A stretch of 64,000 nucleotides of DNA, taken from IMG/VR virus record IMGVR_UViG_3300042975_000096. One strand, given 5' to 3'. A program made the translations under genes and the position numbers. This DNA comes from a virus (lineage: Duplodnaviria; Caudoviricetes). Below are positions 61,979-64,000 of this stretch, in pieces (position 1 is the first letter of the stretch; every line of letters begins with the position of its first letter). The notes under the pieces were generated by a model. The model was not told the DNA's origin and did no database searches. It saw nothing but the letters and a program-made list of their open reading frames with translations.

Positions 61979-62562
61979 TCATCCTCTTTATGCATTTTCC
62001 TTTTTTCAATTAATTTTCGTTCTTTTGCTAACATGATTTCACGAATAACCAACAACGCAGTAAACACAACAACTAATGCAATTAAAGCAAATACAATGAT
62101 ATTTCTATGGGTACACATTTTGTTCCACGGTTCTTCATTAGGAACAATATTTACAATTTCAAGCCCATAATAGTCGCTATCATATGTATCAATTATTTTT
62201 ACTTCTACAATAACAGGTAATTTTGAATCACCAATCTGTCTAAACAGCTTATCTTGTTTTTGTGTTGGATAAATATATACATAATCGTCTTCGTCATTAA
62301 ATACTAACTTATATTTATATCCCGAATCATTCTGCCCATTCATAACATAACCGATTTTATTATAATTCCTATCGAAACCATTGGTAATATTATCAATTTC
62401 AACATCATTATTATATGACGAATATTGAAAGTTTTTTGGTGGCAATGTAAAATTAGGTCTATTTATCATGCTTGTAAACATCGCAATAAACATGATTAAT
62501 GATATGAAACACGCAAACATTACAAGGGCTATCGCCCATAACCATTCCATAATTTTTTTCAT
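61975..62562 (-). CDS. Membrane protein (2 TM)
   Basis: N- and C-terminal hydrophobic segments. Confidence 0.75.
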   Translation of the reverse strand: MKKIMEWLWAIALVMFACFISLIMFIAMFTSMINRPNFTLPPKNFQYSSYNNDVEIDNITNGFDRNYNKIGYVMNGQNDSGYKYKLVFNDEDDYVYIYPTQKQDKLFRQIGDSKLPVIVEVKIIDTYDSDYYGLEIVNIVPNEEPWNKMCTHRNIIVFALIALVVVFTALLVIREIMLAKERKLIEKRKMHKEDE

Positions 62563-62720
62563 TTTTCTATCTCCCTATATTATTTATATTCATATCATAT
62601 CACATTTTATTATTTTTGTCAAATTCATTTTAACGTTTTTATCAAATTCATTTTAACGTTTTCAGAATATTATAAAACAACATAGTGATGAAAATATGAA
62701 GGGGAATTATCCCCTTCATA

Positions 62721-62912
62721 TTATAGTCCTAATGCCTTACAAACGGCATCTCCCCAATCAATAGACCCTGCAATAACAATCCCAGAAGCAATAGCACAAT
62801 TTTTAATTTCTTCTTTGATTCGTGCATTTCGATTACGTTTTGCAATCATTTTTTTCCATGCAATCGTATGTGAACCAACAAAATCAATTTTCATTTTTTC
62901 CGCACTAGTCAT
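62721..62912 (-). CDS. Hypothetical protein
   Basis: RBS AAGGGGG. Confidence 0.7.
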   Translation of the reverse strand: MTSAEKMKIDFVGSHTIAWKKMIAKRNRNARIKEEIKNCAIASGIVIAGSIDWGDAVCKALGL

Positions 62913-62925
62913 TTTTCGTTCCCCC

Positions 62926-63129
62926 TTATTTGGTTTCTTCCATATATTTCAGATTAACATTGGGCATCCATGCAATGACGGAATCAAAACGTTTTGTATC
63001 CATATTGAAGAATTCTCCCATATACGTTCCCTGGTGAACAACCCCTTTACAATCCCAAAAGATAACCTCCTGTGTCATATCCGGTTCCTTCTCGTTCAGC
63101 ATGTATACAACGTTCGTATAATTTTTCAT
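62926..63129 (-). CDS. Hypothetical protein (DUF551-like V.AWMP end)
   Basis: Standard unit. Confidence 0.65.
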   Translation of the reverse strand: MKNYTNVVYMLNEKEPDMTQEVIFWDCKGVVHQGTYMGEFFNMDTKRFDSVIAWMPNVNLKYMEETK

Positions 63130-63204
63130 TTTGAAAATCCCCTTTCATTTGGTCTGTTTCCTTATCTCTATTATTATAATATCATATCTTAATGTTTTTG
63201 TCAA

Positions 63205-63444
63205 CTACTTTTTACAAATATTATCAATTTTAATGTTAGCACTGTCAACAAATTCAAAAAGCTTATCCAATTTGCTTATCATTTCGTCCTCATTGTTTGA
63301 TTCAATTAGCGTATCAATTTCTCTCGATATACGCTTATTTAGTGCATCAAATTCGCACTTGATAATTTCTGCCCTTGCATTTGGTTTAGAATCAAAATAG
63401 GTTTTAATTCTAACAACCCAATCATCATATCGTTCACTTTTCAT
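63205..63444 (-). CDS. Hypothetical protein
   Basis: Standard unit. Confidence 0.7.
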   Translation of the reverse strand: MKSERYDDWVVRIKTYFDSKPNARAEIIKCEFDALNKRISREIDTLIESNNEDEMISKLDKLFEFVDSANIKIDNICKK

Positions 63445-63601
63445 TTCAATTCCCTCTTTCGTTCAACTCTTTTTTAACTCTGTTTATATAATATCACAAA
63501 TCAATATAAATGTCAATAGTTTTTTAAAAAATTATATTTCAAAATTATCTGAAAACAATTTGATAATAAAAAAGAAGGTCTAACATAGACCTTCTAATGA
63601 T

Positions 63602-64000
63602 TCAATGATTCTCGTATACGTCGATAATTTTAAGCAACATTGGAGGATAATCATTTGTCTTATTGTCAATAACCGCCATAACGATTTCGTCAATCATTGT
63701 AACCAGGAACTCATAATAGTCCTTTTTGTTACAAGAATGAAAACATCCATATTCGTCAACATTAAACAAGTCCTCTTTTTTGTTGAAGAATTTGTTTGTG
63801 ACTTCTTTAAGTTCTTCTTTCGACATTCCCATGGTGTAATCGTCAAATTCACCCATAGGATAACAAATTTCTTCTTCAAAATAAGTGCTGTTGTGGTTAT
63901 TAATAACAGACACAATACCTGCCAATTCTTCTCGACTAATATCTTTCAAAAGATATTTTTTGATTGTATTCTGCATACTAATAAAATCTTTGGCAACCAT
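63602..64000 (-). CDS. Acidic protein related to 12344..12922
   Basis: M.EFDD...GM...F....D.F..D.YG..HS. Confidence 0.75.
   Translation of the reverse strand: MVAKDFISMQNTIKKYLLKDISREELAGIVSVINNHNSTYFEEEICYPMGEFDDYTMGMSKEELKEVTNKFFNKKEDLFNVDEYGCFHSCNKKDYYEFLVTMIDEIVMAVIDNKTNDYPPMLLKIIDVYENH

Larger units (their letters stand above)
337..63516 (-). promoter_or_regulatory. Family of ~70 near-consensus sigmaA promoters (TTGACA-N17/18-TATAAT or TGGTATTAT), most followed by an AGAGTTAAGAGAGAGTTAA-like leader
   Basis: Plus-strand pattern 'ttaactct..ataatacca..N..tgtcaa' precedes nearly every minus-strand unit (e.g. 337-365, 4421-4449, 12971-12997, 39244-39272). Confidence 0.9.
401..63554. promoter_or_regulatory. 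Dispersed family (~55-60 copies) of an 18-bp palindromic site, consensus TTTCAGAATATTCTGAAA, resembling overlapping double CodY boxes
   Basis: Copies seen at e.g. 401, 3569, 4776, 7097, 8586, 14812, 15427, 16151, 19400, 21048, 24421, 26829, 34916, 36418, 41137, 46968, 54945, 59941, 62660, 63537; typically between a terminator and the next -35. Confidence 0.85.

Noticed and set aside
401-63554. Integron attC or dif-like recombination sites as the explanation of the palindrome
   Set aside because: No GTTRRRY/RYYYAAC boxes, no 11-6-11 Xer layout and no recombinase in the window; not fully excluded, but an operator fits better
1-64000. cas genes, tRNAs, rRNAs, core replication or capsid genes; window-wide genetic code 15
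   Set aside because: None recognised; long genes are intact under code 11 and several end in TAG at plausible gene ends

Overview
AT-rich window that reads as the early/accessory region of a large (probably jumbo) phage of a Bacillota host. A Negativicutes host is suggested by a LysM-like protein and an 'MSFKYINPG' protein, but this is recollection and unverified. About 100 mostly small genes lie almost entirely on the minus strand. They are organised as roughly 60-70 stereotyped units: terminator, 18-bp palindrome TTTCAGAATATTCTGAAA, sigmaA promoter (TTGACA-17/18-TATAAT/TATTAT), AGAGTTAA-rich leader, RBS, gene(s). Recognisable products are a CCA-adding enzyme, Rnl1-type RNA ligase, RlaP-like nucleotidyltransferase, DHH phosphoesterase, CMP/dCMP-type deaminase, YqeY, an HPr-like protein, GNAT, two SprT-like proteases, DUF262, an Ocr-like acidic protein, an IS200/IS605 remnant and a tnpB-only IS607-like element. 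Four features stand out. (1) A dispersed set of type I-C CRISPR units with no cas genes in the window: four promoter+leader mini-arrays and two solitary repeats inside operons. (2) About 55-60 copies of a palindrome matching the overlapping double CodY box. (3) A promoter/terminator-bounded sRNA whose loops are antisense to RBS/leader motifs. (4) An HPr mimic lacking His15. All calls are by eye; no database searches were run.
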